Source: a virus. Taken from it: a stretch of 64,000 nt of DNA. The translations under genes and the position numbers were made by a program. The notes beneath the pieces were generated by a model. That model had not been told where the DNA came from. It did no database searches and saw only the letters and a list, made by a program, of their open reading frames with translations. Where the stretch lies: positions 32,281 to 96,280 of IMG/VR virus record IMGVR_UViG_3300050026_000055, one strand, 5' to 3'. Of this stretch, positions 47,666 through 57,346 are shown piece after piece. Each line of letters begins with the position of its first letter. Within the stretch, counting starts at the first letter, position 1.

Positions 47666-50125
47666 ATGTCTGAAACAGCAGAACTAAAACCGATGGTATT
47701 GATGCCGCCTCTAAACCCAACACTGGTTACAGATGGCGCTGGTCTTGAAAAAATTAAATCATTTCTAAATCGATCTGTAGATAAGATTATCGGATGGGAC
47801 AAAGAAACAACTCCGACGAAGGATTTTTATTGGCGGAAGGATCGGACTTGGCAGATTGGTGACAAAACCGAGCAATACGTTGTCGATCTGCTGGCGTTCG
47901 TTGATGGAGATTCTGACCTGCTGTATTCCTGTCAAGGTGAATACGGCAAAAAGATGAGTCCTAAGTTACAGCCGGTAATTGATGTGTTTGATCCGGCATT
48001 GTGTACCAAAGAATTTTTGAAGGTCGGCGTAAATCTTGGATTTGAATATGAGCAGTCGCGTTGGAACTTCGGGCAGAGAACATGGAATTTCTATTCCGTG
48101 GATATGGTTGAGCGTGTAATTTGCGCTGGACTGCATTCGCTGAAGGATTATGACTACTATTCTTTGGCCGAAATGATGGCTCGTTATTTCAAGATGTATG
48201 TTGATAAAGAGTTGCAGACATCGTTTAATTTAAGTAACCCTCTGACGCAGGCACAAGTTGAGTATGCCGCGCTAGATACTAGGCTACCACTGGCGTTGCG
48301 TCGATCACAGCTCAAGACTATTAAAGCAGATGGACTTGAAGAGACGTGCAAAATTGAGAATGATGCTATCGGTGCATTTGTCGATATGCACATTCATGGA
48401 CAGCGCATTAATAAAGAAAAGTGGATCATACGCGACAACAAGTACCGCGCTGAAGTAGCGATAGCGATTGCCGAATTAGACAGTCATTTTCTACCAATCG
48501 TAGGTTCTAAGAACGTACAGATTACAGACGCAGAAATAGCTGAAGCCGACCTGAAGTGGAAATCATACAACAAGATTTCTGATGATGAGTTGAGTCTGAA
48601 AAATGAAATAAAGAAATCAAAAACTGCGACTGGCATAGAATTACTAATTGAAAAAAAGAATGGCCTTGAAGTTGCTCGTAAAATTGAGAAAGAATATTAC
48701 AAGCAGATAAAGTCCGAACTTGGTAAAAAACGAACCAAAGTTAACAAACTAATTGACAAGTGCGAAGGAGAAGCATTAATCAATTACGGCTCTGGTGCTC
48801 AACTGTTGGCTGTGTTTGCCGGTATGAAGGGACTCAAGAGTTTAAAAGACACTGAGGACGATACTCTTGAAAAATTCAAGAATGTTCCGGTAATTGCTTC
48901 TTTACAGAAGTTTAGGAAAGCAAGCAAGCAGGTAAGCACATATGGTATACAGTGGACACAACAGTGGGCCACTAAACCGTGTAATGAAGAAGGTTGGCTG
49001 CATCCGGGGGATGGCAGACTTCATTCTAAATTTAATCAGTTAGAGGCAGAGACAGGACGAAGTAGTAGTTCACAACCTAATGGTCAAAATCTGCCAAAGG
49101 ACAAAGATACTCGTTCTTGTTTTATCGCTGATTCACCGGATGAAGAAGAGCCGGAAGGTTATTGCTTAGTTACTGGTGATATGGCTGGTGCCGAACTTAG
49201 AATTCTAGCTGAATTGTCAGAAGAGAAGGTTTGGCTAGAAGCATTTCTAAAAGGGCAGGATGTTCATGAAGTTTGCGCCGAAATGATGTATCCGGCCGAG
49301 TGGCCGGGATGGGCAGTAGACGGTTGTGCTTTTTATAAAATCAATCCTGAAACTAATGAGCCGTTTAAGTTTAAATGCGATTGTCCTATTCATAAGGAGA
49401 AAAGAGACGAAGCTAAAGTACCAAACTTCTTGATTCCGTATGGTGGCGGTCCACCGAATCTTGCTGCACAGACCGGAAAAACTATTGAAGAGGCTAAAGC
49501 TATTTTAGCGCACCATAAAGAAAGCTTTCCTACACTTTGGAAGTATCTTGATGAAAGCGGCAAAATGGCCAAATTGAACAAAGAGTCTCGTTCAATGTAT
49601 GGTCGCAGGCGGCTGTTTCCTGATCCGACTTGGGAATTGGCAATTGAAAAAGCAAAAGATGATCGTGAAAAACAACTCAAGTTACCTAAAGAAGAGGCTG
49701 ATAAAAATGTTGCGACATTCTTAGCGTTACATAATCGTAAGCCGACAAGCGCCGAAAAATGGTTTCTTGTTCATAGAATGCCAAATCAAAAAGAAATCGC
49801 AAATGCGTATGCTGCGATGTTTAGCACAATTGAAAGAAGGGGCAAGAATCACGCAATTCAGGCTAGCAATGCTGACATAATTAAGCTGGCTATGGGCTGC
49901 GGTCACGATAAAAACGGCAAGCCTTATTTGTGGCATATTTTTCCAAAGTTAGGAGCTAAGTTGATAGCAATGATACATGACGAACTGCTTATTCAGGTGC
50001 CAAAAAGAAATGCCGCACTTGTAGTGGAGGCTATAGGCGATGCTTTTAAACGAGCGGCGGCAGAAAAATTTACTAAAATTGCCATGGAATTCGACAGCCA
50101 TGTGTCAGATTGCTGGACTAAATAA
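47666..50125 (+). CDS. DNA polymerase family A with 3'-5' exonuclease
   Basis: ExoI DKET, YAALD, ETGRSSS, motif A DMAGAELR, motif B AKVPNFLIPYG, motif C IHDELL. Confidence 0.92.
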   Translation: MSETAELKPMVLMPPLNPTLVTDGAGLEKIKSFLNRSVDKIIGWDKETTPTKDFYWRKDRTWQIGDKTEQYVVDLLAFVDGDSDLLYSCQGEYGKKMSPKLQPVIDVFDPALCTKEFLKVGVNLGFEYEQSRWNFGQRTWNFYSVDMVERVICAGLHSLKDYDYYSLAEMMARYFKMYVDKELQTSFNLSNPLTQAQVEYAALDTRLPLALRRSQLKTIKADGLEETCKIENDAIGAFVDMHIHGQRINKEKWIIRDNKYRAEVAIAIAELDSHFLPIVGSKNVQITDAEIAEADLKWKSYNKISDDELSLKNEIKKSKTATGIELLIEKKNGLEVARKIEKEYYKQIKSELGKKRTKVNKLIDKCEGEALINYGSGAQLLAVFAGMKGLKSLKDTEDDTLEKFKNVPVIASLQKFRKASKQVSTYGIQWTQQWATKPCNEEGWLHPGDGRLHSKFNQLEAETGRSSSSQPNGQNLPKDKDTRSCFIADSPDEEEPEGYCLVTGDMAGAELRILAELSEEKVWLEAFLKGQDVHEVCAEMMYPAEWPGWAVDGCAFYKINPETNEPFKFKCDCPIHKEKRDEAKVPNFLIPYGGGPPNLAAQTGKTIEEAKAILAHHKESFPTLWKYLDESGKMAKLNKESRSMYGRRRLFPDPTWELAIEKAKDDREKQLKLPKEEADKNVATFLALHNRKPTSAEKWFLVHRMPNQKEIANAYAAMFSTIERRGKNHAIQASNADIIKLAMGCGHDKNGKPYLWHIFPKLGAKLIAMIHDELLIQVPKRNAALVVEAIGDAFKRAAAEKFTKIAMEFDSHVSDCWTK

Positions 50126-50706
50126 TGAGTACAAATCTGTGTGAATGTGGATGTGGAACGGAAACAAGTACTGGCAAACGTTTTGTTGTCGGGCACAATT
50201 GTAGGTGTGAGGATTTAACCGGAAAGATATTCGGTAAGTTGATAGTCATAGGGGTATCTGATAAACCAAAAAAGAGATGGAGTAGGTACTGGCTATGTCG
50301 ATGCGATTGTGGCAAAGAATATCCAGTACTTAGCCAAAGGTTAAAAAACGGCAGAAGCAAGGGATGTAGATTGTGTAATAATTATAAAAAAAGACCATAC
50401 GAGTCCTTATATAATAGGCTATGTAGTCAGGCGTTCGCACACAACAAAAATGTTAACTTAACATACAATGATTATTTATTGTTAACAGACACAAAAGAGT
50501 GCCATTATTGTGGAAAACTGGTAGTTTGGAAAGAGTACAACAACTCTGGATACGGCCATAACATTGACAGAAAAGATAACAACATTGGATATGTCAAGGA
50601 AAACTGTGTTGTATGTTGTCCGCGGTGTAATTGGGCCAAGCAGGACCAGTTTACTTACGACGAGTGGTTACAAATCGGTAAACTTATTAAGAGCTGGCAA
50701 AAATAG
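50125..50706 (+). CDS. HNH-family homing endonuclease
   Basis: DLTGKIFGKL...CRCDCG; IDRKDNNIGYVKENCVVCCPRCN. Confidence 0.8.
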   Translation: MSTNLCECGCGTETSTGKRFVVGHNCRCEDLTGKIFGKLIVIGVSDKPKKRWSRYWLCRCDCGKEYPVLSQRLKNGRSKGCRLCNNYKKRPYESLYNRLCSQAFAHNKNVNLTYNDYLLLTDTKECHYCGKLVVWKEYNNSGYGHNIDRKDNNIGYVKENCVVCCPRCNWAKQDQFTYDEWLQIGKLIKSWQK

Positions 50707-50709
50707 TTC

Positions 50710-50738
50710 TTGACAAGATGGCTTTTGGAGAGTATAAT
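50710..50738 (+). promoter_or_regulatory. sigma70-type promoter (near-leaderless)
   Basis: TTGACA-17-TATAAT, 8 nt before ATG 50747. Confidence 0.8.
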
Positions 50739-50746
50739 AGGAAAAT

Positions 50747-51013
50747 ATGGCAAAAGAAACAGAAGTTAAGAAAGCAAAGACATTAGAACCGACAGAGACG
50801 GAACAGATGAGGCTGGAAAACCTACAGTTGAGAGCACTTTTGTTCCAGACACGCGGAGTTAACGCACAAAAAGAAGTTGAATCGCAGAACCAAAACTTTC
50901 AGGCTGCTGTTAAAGCGCTGAATGAGTATGGGCAAGAAGTAATTAAGGCTCACGATTGTAACTCTGAAGATGTTAACTTTGATGCTAATACATTAAAGTT
51001 CACTTGCAAGTAA
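50747..51013 (+). CDS. hypothetical coiled-coil protein
   Basis: ORF directly after promoter. Confidence 0.6.
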   Translation: MAKETEVKKAKTLEPTETEQMRLENLQLRALLFQTRGVNAQKEVESQNQNFQAAVKALNEYGQEVIKAHDCNSEDVNFDANTLKFTCK

Positions 51014-51030
51014 AATATAGAAAGGCCGAT

Positions 51031-51390
51031 ATGCTTAAACAGGTGAGTCTAAAAGTACACCAAGGCGATTATATCAATATTGAGGATGTCGGCCCGGTGT
51101 ATTTAAAAGCACCAACACATAGGTATCTAGTTAATACTCGTACCTCTGGAGTGGTGATTGGGGAAATCAAGTGGTACAGTCAGTGGCGAAAATACGCTTT
51201 CTTTCCGACTGATGCAATTTTTGAACAAAATTGTTTAAGAGATATTGCTGACTTTCTTGAGTTAGTGACTGTTGAACACAAACACAGGAAATGGCGGCGA
51301 TATAACCCGCTTCCAAATCCTAGAATAGTCTCGGTTACGAAGCAGGTCTTGGAAGAAAACGAACGAAAACGTTCTCAGACGAAGAACTGA
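51031..51390 (+). CDS. hypothetical protein
   Basis: GEIKWYSQWRKYAFFP...CLRDIADF motif common in phages; start uncertain. Confidence 0.6.
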   Translation: MLKQVSLKVHQGDYINIEDVGPVYLKAPTHRYLVNTRTSGVVIGEIKWYSQWRKYAFFPTDAIFEQNCLRDIADFLELVTVEHKHRKWRRYNPLPNPRIVSVTKQVLEENERKRSQTKN

Positions 51391-51418
51391 GTGGTGGAGG
51401 GCCGTTGGCCCCTAAAGT

Positions 51419-51555
51419 TTGCGTAGCGGCGTGGATGGACATGCGCCCGATCACGATGGGGTAAGTGGAGTTGGGAATGACAGTTTAAAGTCGTGAATCT
51501 GTCAGGTAAACCCAATTAAATCGCTCCGAACTGGAATCAAGTACAGTCTACGCAA
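51419..51555 (+). ncRNA. tRNA-like structured RNA with very long central arm (putative)
   Basis: Closing stem TTGCGTAG/CTACGCAA, D-like arm GCGTG/CATGC, T-like arm ACTG/CAGT, long internal stem; no CCA. Confidence 0.45.
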
Positions 51556-51603
51556 TGCAATAAGGCGCTGTAAGTTATGCATTGTAAAGATAGTGACATT
51601 TAT

Positions 51604-52071
51604 ATGAAACAGGTTCACCTTGGTAATGGCATGTCGGCATTAGTTGATAATACCGACTACGATAACATACGCACATATTCGTGGCACGCCGTTAAGTATC
51701 CAAAGCGTAATACGTGGTATGCGGTCACTGCTATTGGGGGCAAGACTGTTCAAATGCATCGGCTTATTTTAGGTTTATGTGCCGATGATCCACAAGTTGA
51801 CCATGCCAATTGTTACGGCCTAGACAATCAGAGACACAACATTAGGATAGCAACTGGGTCGCAAAATGCGATGAATCGACCTCCCAAACAGGGTCGCAGG
51901 TTCAAAGGCATCTACAAAACAACTACTGGTAAATGGGCCGCAAAAATTCAAACTCCGGGTAACGAACAGCATTATCTCGGTGTATGTACTTTACCAGAAG
52001 ACGCAGCGCGGCTTTATGATGCTGCGGCAATGATATATTTTGGAGAGTTTGCATATCTGAACTTTCCTTAA
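51604..52071 (+). CDS. HNH-AP2 homing endonuclease
   Basis: MHRLIL...VDHAN..GLDNQRHNIR; FKGI...WAAKI...AARLYD.AA...FGEFAYLNF. Confidence 0.85.
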   Translation: MKQVHLGNGMSALVDNTDYDNIRTYSWHAVKYPKRNTWYAVTAIGGKTVQMHRLILGLCADDPQVDHANCYGLDNQRHNIRIATGSQNAMNRPPKQGRRFKGIYKTTTGKWAAKIQTPGNEQHYLGVCTLPEDAARLYDAAAMIYFGEFAYLNFP

Positions 52072-52353
52072 CGAGAACGCATGTCAACCATTTAATGCAG
52101 TATAATCGGACCCGGTTAGCATATACCGGCAGGTCCACCATACTAATACATACTTCATAAATGTTGTTGTTTTAATTTGGGCCTGACAAGATTCGACGGT
52201 TGTATCTTGGTTAAGTGTTCGTGCAACGGAAGTATGTCCCGTTTAATAAATACATATAAACTAAAAAACGCCAATGAGGAAACTCTGGCTATGGAAGCCG
52301 CCGCGTAAGTTGCGGTTTTCGGGGTCTGGCCCACCTAGCAACAGAACGGGCCA
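52070..52353 (+). ncRNA. ssrA: permuted two-piece tmRNA: acceptor piece ~52070-52140, coding piece 52179-~52353
   Basis: 3' end CAGGTCC-A-CCA at 52140 precedes 5' end GGGCCTGACAAGATTCGAC at 52179; acceptor stem has G3.U70; tag ANEETLAMEAAA* at 52270-52308. Confidence 0.88.
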
Positions 52354-52374
52354 ATTATTTTTTATAGAGGATAA

Positions 52375-54027
52375 ATGACAGAAGACTCGATGCAGATGGG
52401 AGAATTTTCTCGAACGATTTTTAATGAACGGTATGCTCAGGAAGTAGAAGGAAGAAAAGAAACTCTTCAAGAAGTTGGTCAACGATGCGCTAACGAGGTA
52501 GGTAAGTCAGTAGGCATGAAGAAAGCTTTGCGCGGGGAGATAGCTCGCTTGATTACACTCCGCAAGTTTCTTCCCGGTGGCAGGTATCTCGCACAAACCG
52601 GAAAGCCATACCATCAAGTAAATAACTGCCTGATGCTTAGAGCAGAAGATAGTCGTGAAGGTTGGGCTGAAATAATGCACAATGCTTCTCTCGCTTTGAT
52701 GACAGGCGCAGGCATTGGTGTTAATTATAGTCATGTTAGACCAGAAGGAAAACCTATCCGCAAAACAGGCGGTACAGCAACCGGACCGCTAGCATTGATG
52801 CAGATGGTCAACGAATCGGCACGATGGATTAGACAAGGTGGAACACGTAGAGCAGCGTTGTGGGCCGGATTGAACTGGAAGCACGCTGACATTCATAAAT
52901 TCATTACATTAAAGAACTGGGTTCCAGAAGTACGAGCATTAAAAGCTAAGAACGTAGACTTTCCGGCAGCAATGGATATTACCAATATATCTATCGGGCT
53001 GGATGACGAATTTTTTAAAGCGTACAACGACGAGAAGCATGCATTAAACTCTCTTGCCACTTCCGTCTACCGTACTGCTGTCGAACGTATGTTAAAAACA
53101 GGGGAACCGGGGTTTTCAATTGACACAGGAATTAACAATGGCGAAGATTTGCGAAATGCTTGCACCGAGTTGTGTAGTCGTGATGACAGTGACATTTGCA
53201 ATCTCGGTAGCATTAATATGTCTAGAATCGATACCTTGGAAGAAATGCGGGAAGTTACTGAAATTGCTACAGCGTTTCTTTTAGCTGGCACTGTGTATAG
53301 CGATGTGCCTTATGCCAAGGTCGATCAAATAAGGACTAAGAACCGTCGTCTTGGTTTAGGGTTAATGGGAATCCATGAATGGCTTTTGAAGCGTGGCAAG
53401 AAATATGGGCAGGACGACGAACTGGCAAAGTATCTGGAAGTCTACCGTGACGAGAGTAATAGAGCGAGTGCTCAGTACGCCGAACAATGGGAATTGAGCA
53501 AGCCATTGAAGTGTAGGGCAATTGCCCCAACGGGCACTATAAGTATTTTAGCCGAAACTTCTGGGGGAATTGAACCCATATTTGTTTCAGCGTATAAGCG
53601 TTTGTACTATAAAGGAAATCAACGGTATTACCAATATGTAGTTGACCCTACAGCTAAGAAACTTATAGAAAGTGGCATAGAACCAGACAACATTGAAGAT
53701 GCTTATGTGTTGGCTGAAACTCCCGAAAGGAGAGTTAAGTTTCAAGCATGGGTTCAAAAATATGTAGACCACTCTGTATCATCAACAGTTAATTTGCCCC
53801 ATTGGGGATCAGAAATTAATAATGAAACTAAAACGATAGAATTTGGCGACATGTTGATAAAAACTTTACCAAGTATACGTGGTATTACTGTCTATCCAGA
53901 TGGAGCGCGATCAGCGCAACCAATGCAGCCTGTAAGTTACAAAACCGCCATAAAACATGTTGGCGAAGTGTTTATAGAAACAAGCAATATTTGCGATATA
54001 ACAGGTGGCGGGACATGTGGTTCGTGA
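52375..54027 (+). CDS. nrdJ: class II (B12-dependent) ribonucleotide reductase
   Basis: FLPGGR, NNC, NACTE, CNLGSIN, APTGTIS, C-terminal Cys pair; no small-subunit gene nearby. Confidence 0.85.
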   Translation: MTEDSMQMGEFSRTIFNERYAQEVEGRKETLQEVGQRCANEVGKSVGMKKALRGEIARLITLRKFLPGGRYLAQTGKPYHQVNNCLMLRAEDSREGWAEIMHNASLALMTGAGIGVNYSHVRPEGKPIRKTGGTATGPLALMQMVNESARWIRQGGTRRAALWAGLNWKHADIHKFITLKNWVPEVRALKAKNVDFPAAMDITNISIGLDDEFFKAYNDEKHALNSLATSVYRTAVERMLKTGEPGFSIDTGINNGEDLRNACTELCSRDDSDICNLGSINMSRIDTLEEMREVTEIATAFLLAGTVYSDVPYAKVDQIRTKNRRLGLGLMGIHEWLLKRGKKYGQDDELAKYLEVYRDESNRASAQYAEQWELSKPLKCRAIAPTGTISILAETSGGIEPIFVSAYKRLYYKGNQRYYQYVVDPTAKKLIESGIEPDNIEDAYVLAETPERRVKFQAWVQKYVDHSVSSTVNLPHWGSEINNETKTIEFGDMLIKTLPSIRGITVYPDGARSAQPMQPVSYKTAIKHVGEVFIETSNICDITGGGTCGS

Positions 54028-54034
54028 GGCAATA

Positions 54035-54607
54035 ATGTGGAAAGTTATAGAAGAAATTACACACAATAAAAGAAAACAGTTCAAAGTGGTATGTGATTGT
54101 GGAAGGATAGAGATTAGGCGCAAAGATCATGTTTTAAGTCACAGAACTATCGAATGTAAATCATGTAGCGCAAAGAGAACTGTTAGCACACATCCAATGT
54201 ACCATAAAGAAACAGGTCTGGGCCTAATATCTGGAACACTTTGGACACACATACGAGCAGGTGCTCGTAGAAGGGGCATTGAATTTAAGATTACTCCGGA
54301 ATATGCCTGGGATTTATTTGAAAAACAGAACAGGCTTTGTGCGCTATCTGGTGTGCCAATACTTTTATCAAGAAAGAATAGGAACAACGGTCCAGACTAT
54401 AGCAAGATAACCGCATCATTGGACAGGATACATCCTGGTTATGGTTATATAAATGGTAATGTGCAGTGGGTACACAAAACAATGAACTATGTAAAAAGAG
54501 ACTTGCTGAACAGAGAGTTTATAAACTGGTGCAAATTGGTTGGAGACAATAATAGAAGTTTTATCTCAAAAGACGCCGGGGGGTACATGTGGATCGTAAA
54601 TCATTGA
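54035..54607 (+). CDS. HNH-family homing endonuclease
   Basis: CALSG...ASLDRIHPGYGYINGNVQWVH. Confidence 0.8.
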   Translation: MWKVIEEITHNKRKQFKVVCDCGRIEIRRKDHVLSHRTIECKSCSAKRTVSTHPMYHKETGLGLISGTLWTHIRAGARRRGIEFKITPEYAWDLFEKQNRLCALSGVPILLSRKNRNNGPDYSKITASLDRIHPGYGYINGNVQWVHKTMNYVKRDLLNREFINWCKLVGDNNRSFISKDAGGYMWIVNH

Positions 54608-54732
54608 CGTGGAACGAACTGACAGATAGTGAGCGCGAATTTATTAGTGGTATTGTAGATATGAATTATAATTCAGAACAGTATGCTATGCGATACGAAC
54701 CTGTCTTTATAAAAGGAAAGTTGCAATTAGTC

Positions 54733-54761
54733 TTGACAAAACCTTCAAAAAAGAGTAGGAT
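54733..54761 (+). promoter_or_regulatory. sigma70-type promoter (leaderless)
   Basis: TTGACA-17-TAGGAT, 6 nt before ATG 54768. Confidence 0.65.
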
Positions 54762-54767
54762 AAAGAA

Positions 54768-55208
54768 ATGATGTTTACTGAAAAGTGGGACAAACGATTT
54801 TTGGAAATGGCAACACTGGTGTCTACTTGGTCTAAAGACCCTAGTACTCAGTGCGGAGCAGCTATTGTGCGGCCCGATAAAACTGTGGTATCAGTCGGCT
54901 TTAATGGATTTCCAAAGCAGATGCCAGATAGTCCTTCATGGTATGATAACCGAGAAGATAAGTATTCTCGCATTGTCCATTGTGAAATGAACGCGGTGTT
55001 GCACGCATATGAAAAGTTAGAAGGGTGCGTGTTATATACAACCGGGCCGTGTTGTGATAGGTGTGCGGTGCATATGATTCAAGCAGGCATTACGCATTTT
55101 GTTGCCTATACTGCTCCTGAAATGTGGGAGCGATGGGGCGAAGCGTTTGCTAAAACATTTAGGTATTATGACGAATGTGGCGTAACACACAAAGAGTACA
55201 GCAAATAA
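54768..55208 (+). CDS. dCMP deaminase
   Basis: WSKDPSTQCGA, GFNGFP, HCEMNA, PCCDRC. Confidence 0.9.
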   Translation: MMFTEKWDKRFLEMATLVSTWSKDPSTQCGAAIVRPDKTVVSVGFNGFPKQMPDSPSWYDNREDKYSRIVHCEMNAVLHAYEKLEGCVLYTTGPCCDRCAVHMIQAGITHFVAYTAPEMWERWGEAFAKTFRYYDECGVTHKEYSK

Positions 55209-55222
55209 TCGAGGATAATTAT

Positions 55223-55765
55223 ATGAAGGTATGGCTCTACACTGATAGTCACTTTTTTCACGACAAGATGGTGGAGTTTTGTGGCCGTCCGGTTGACCAT
55301 ACTGAACGTCAGGTGGCGAACTGGAAGCGTCTAGTTGCGCCAGAGGATTTAGTTTTTCATTTGGGAGACGTTGCACTTGGAGTAGGCGGTAGAATGCGGG
55401 AGCTACAGGCACTACTCCAAGGTCTGCCGGGTAAGAAGGTTCTTATACTTGGAAACCACGATAAGCAGAGTCCTACTTGGTATATGCGTAACGGATTCGA
55501 TGCGGCAGTAACCAGCATAGTTTATAAAAGAGTGTTCTTGACTCATAAACCTGCCGATAGATTGCCGCCCGGTGCATGGCTGAACGTTCATGGACATCTA
55601 CATAACTCACCGCACCATAAATGGGAGCACATAGAGAAGCCGTGGCATAGACTGCTTCATATCGAAGATCGTTTAGAGCCTGTTGAATTTGACAAGTTCG
55701 TTAATGCTGATCTTAGTCGTGAGCAGATACGAAGAGACATGGTTAAGAGACTTAACTATGTGTAG
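55223..55765 (+). CDS. metallophosphoesterase
   Basis: DSHFFH, HLGD, GNHD, THKP, HGHLH. Confidence 0.85.
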   Translation: MKVWLYTDSHFFHDKMVEFCGRPVDHTERQVANWKRLVAPEDLVFHLGDVALGVGGRMRELQALLQGLPGKKVLILGNHDKQSPTWYMRNGFDAAVTSIVYKRVFLTHKPADRLPPGAWLNVHGHLHNSPHHKWEHIEKPWHRLLHIEDRLEPVEFDKFVNADLSREQIRRDMVKRLNYV

Positions 55766-55919
55766 AGTAAAGACTTGTTTTTGGTGTGAACATGAAGACA
55801 AGTTTCCGATAGAATGGGATGCCACACCGATGTATGGGGGCGTGTGGCATCGCATTGATGAAGTCACTGTTGTTGCGTGCAGTGGAAAGGAGAGTTACCA
55901 TTCCTATCAGGGAGTTTAA
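55758..55919 (+). CDS. small hypothetical protein
   Basis: MCRVKTCFWC; overlaps both neighbours. Confidence 0.4.
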   Translation: MCRVKTCFWCEHEDKFPIEWDATPMYGGVWHRIDEVTVVACSGKESYHSYQGV

Positions 55920-56103
55920 ATGCATAATGGGACATGTTACTGAAGAAATTCTTTTTGGACAACTTGATGAGGTACAGACAGTTGTGCTATGTCCTAGATG
56001 CGGAGAATTTGCCAAACGGCAAGATGTATCACGGCCCGGTGCTCCAATTTTAAAAGAGGGTAACGGGGGATTCTATAAGCCTAGTAGAGAGGAACGAAAA
56101 TGA
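55900..56103 (+). CDS. FmdB-like zinc ribbon protein, probable ATT start
   Basis: (M)PIREFKC..GH...CPRCG...GGFYK; AAGGAG 7 nt before in-frame ATT. Confidence 0.7.
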   Translation: MPIREFKCIMGHVTEEILFGQLDEVQTVVLCPRCGEFAKRQDVSRPGAPILKEGNGGFYKPSREERK

Positions 56104-56750
56104 AAGTCTGTTGTATTTCCGATACGCACGGTCAGCACCGGTGTAAATCTATGGCTATTCCTAAATGTGATCTGTTGATTCATGCAGGTGACATTGCCGG
56201 CAAGGGTTCATTTGCAGTTATACGCGATTTCAATGATTGGATCGGTGAACTGAAGTCTAGTAATGTTGTAGGAGAAGCAGTCGTTATTCCGGGCAACCAC
56301 GACTTGTCTCTTGATCCAGTTAAGGTAGGCAGGCCATGCAACGATGCAATAAGTTTGTTTACGAACTGTGAGTTGTTGATAGATGCAGGAATAGAGTTGA
56401 ATGGCATAAAGATTTGGGGCAGTCCGTATACGCCAGCGTTTATGGATTGGGCATTTAACAAGAAGCGCGGGCAAGAGTTGAGAGAACAGTGGGAGAAGAT
56501 TCCAGAGAATCTTGACATTCTAATTACGCACGGACCGCCGTATGGAATTCAAGATAAAGCAATGGTTCAGCATTTAGGAGATATAGAATTGTATGATGCA
56601 ATTGTTACAAAGTCGCCTAGAGTGCATATCTTTGGACACATTCACGGCGGTTACGGCATAGCGGTTGGCTTTGGAACGCTGTTCGTAAACGCATCACTGC
56701 TGGATGAAGATTATCATATCGCCAACCAGCCAATAGTATTTACGATCTAA
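56100..56750 (+). CDS. metallophosphoesterase
   Basis: ISDTHG, HAGD, GNHD, THGPP, FGHIH. Confidence 0.9.
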   Translation: MKVCCISDTHGQHRCKSMAIPKCDLLIHAGDIAGKGSFAVIRDFNDWIGELKSSNVVGEAVVIPGNHDLSLDPVKVGRPCNDAISLFTNCELLIDAGIELNGIKIWGSPYTPAFMDWAFNKKRGQELREQWEKIPENLDILITHGPPYGIQDKAMVQHLGDIELYDAIVTKSPRVHIFGHIHGGYGIAVGFGTLFVNASLLDEDYHIANQPIVFTI

Positions 56751-56822
56751 GCCACGTGTCTCTACGCGAGAGAAATTCCTTTGTAAGGGATTGAGGTGGT
56801 TGAACTCCGACTCGCGGCTCCA
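56751..56822 (+). pseudogene. degenerate or atypical tRNA-Thr(TGT)-like gene
   Basis: GCC...GGCTCCA ends, anticodon arm ATTCC-TTTGTAA-GGGAT, mismatched acceptor and T stems. Confidence 0.5.
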
Positions 56823-56831
56823 AGAGTATTT

Positions 56832-57341
56832 ATGGAAACTAATAAAGAAAATCGAGAAGAAGTAATTGCGTATGCTAAGAAGTATTATGCCGACAATAAA
56901 GAAAAATTAAAGTCATACACGAAAAACTATCGTGTTGCCAATTTAGAGAAAGTCAAGGCGGCTGTTAAAAAATGGCAGCACGACAATCCTGATAAAGTGA
57001 AGGCGTACAGTAAACAACATTATGCTGCTAATGCTGACAAAAGGAAGGCGTATAGTAGTAAGTGGCAGCGTGCCAACCCAGAGAAAGCAAAAGCGTTCTG
57101 CCATAAACGTCGAGCAAGGAAGGCCGGTAACGGCGGTTCTTTCTCTACTGAAGAATGGCAAACACTGTTGGTGCTCTACGAGAATAAATGTGTGTGTTGT
57201 GGGCTTGAGTGCAAGCTAGAAGCAGATCATATAATTCCTATAGCTAAGGGCGGCACCAGTAATGTTGATAACATTCAGCCACTTTGCGGTCCGTGCAATC
57301 GCAGCAAAGGTACTAAAACCATTGATTACAACAAGACGTAA
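56832..57341 (+). CDS. HNH endonuclease with N-terminal helical repeats
   Basis: N.EK.KA repeats; DHIIPIAKGGTSNVDNIQPLCGPCN. Confidence 0.85.
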   Translation: METNKENREEVIAYAKKYYADNKEKLKSYTKNYRVANLEKVKAAVKKWQHDNPDKVKAYSKQHYAANADKRKAYSSKWQRANPEKAKAFCHKRRARKAGNGGSFSTEEWQTLLVLYENKCVCCGLECKLEADHIIPIAKGGTSNVDNIQPLCGPCNRSKGTKTIDYNKT

Positions 57342-57346
57342 TATTA

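Noticed and set aside
51578-52099. Helices (TGCATT/AATGCA, TGACAT/ATGTCA) that could loop the HNH-AP2 gene out of the tmRNA like an intron
   Set aside because: Only two 6-bp matches, no intron core motifs, and the tmRNA acceptor piece looks complete without upstream sequence.
47666-54027. Inteins or introns in DNA polymerase and ribonucleotide reductase
   Set aside because: Both ORFs are continuous, of ordinary length, with no Hint motifs seen.
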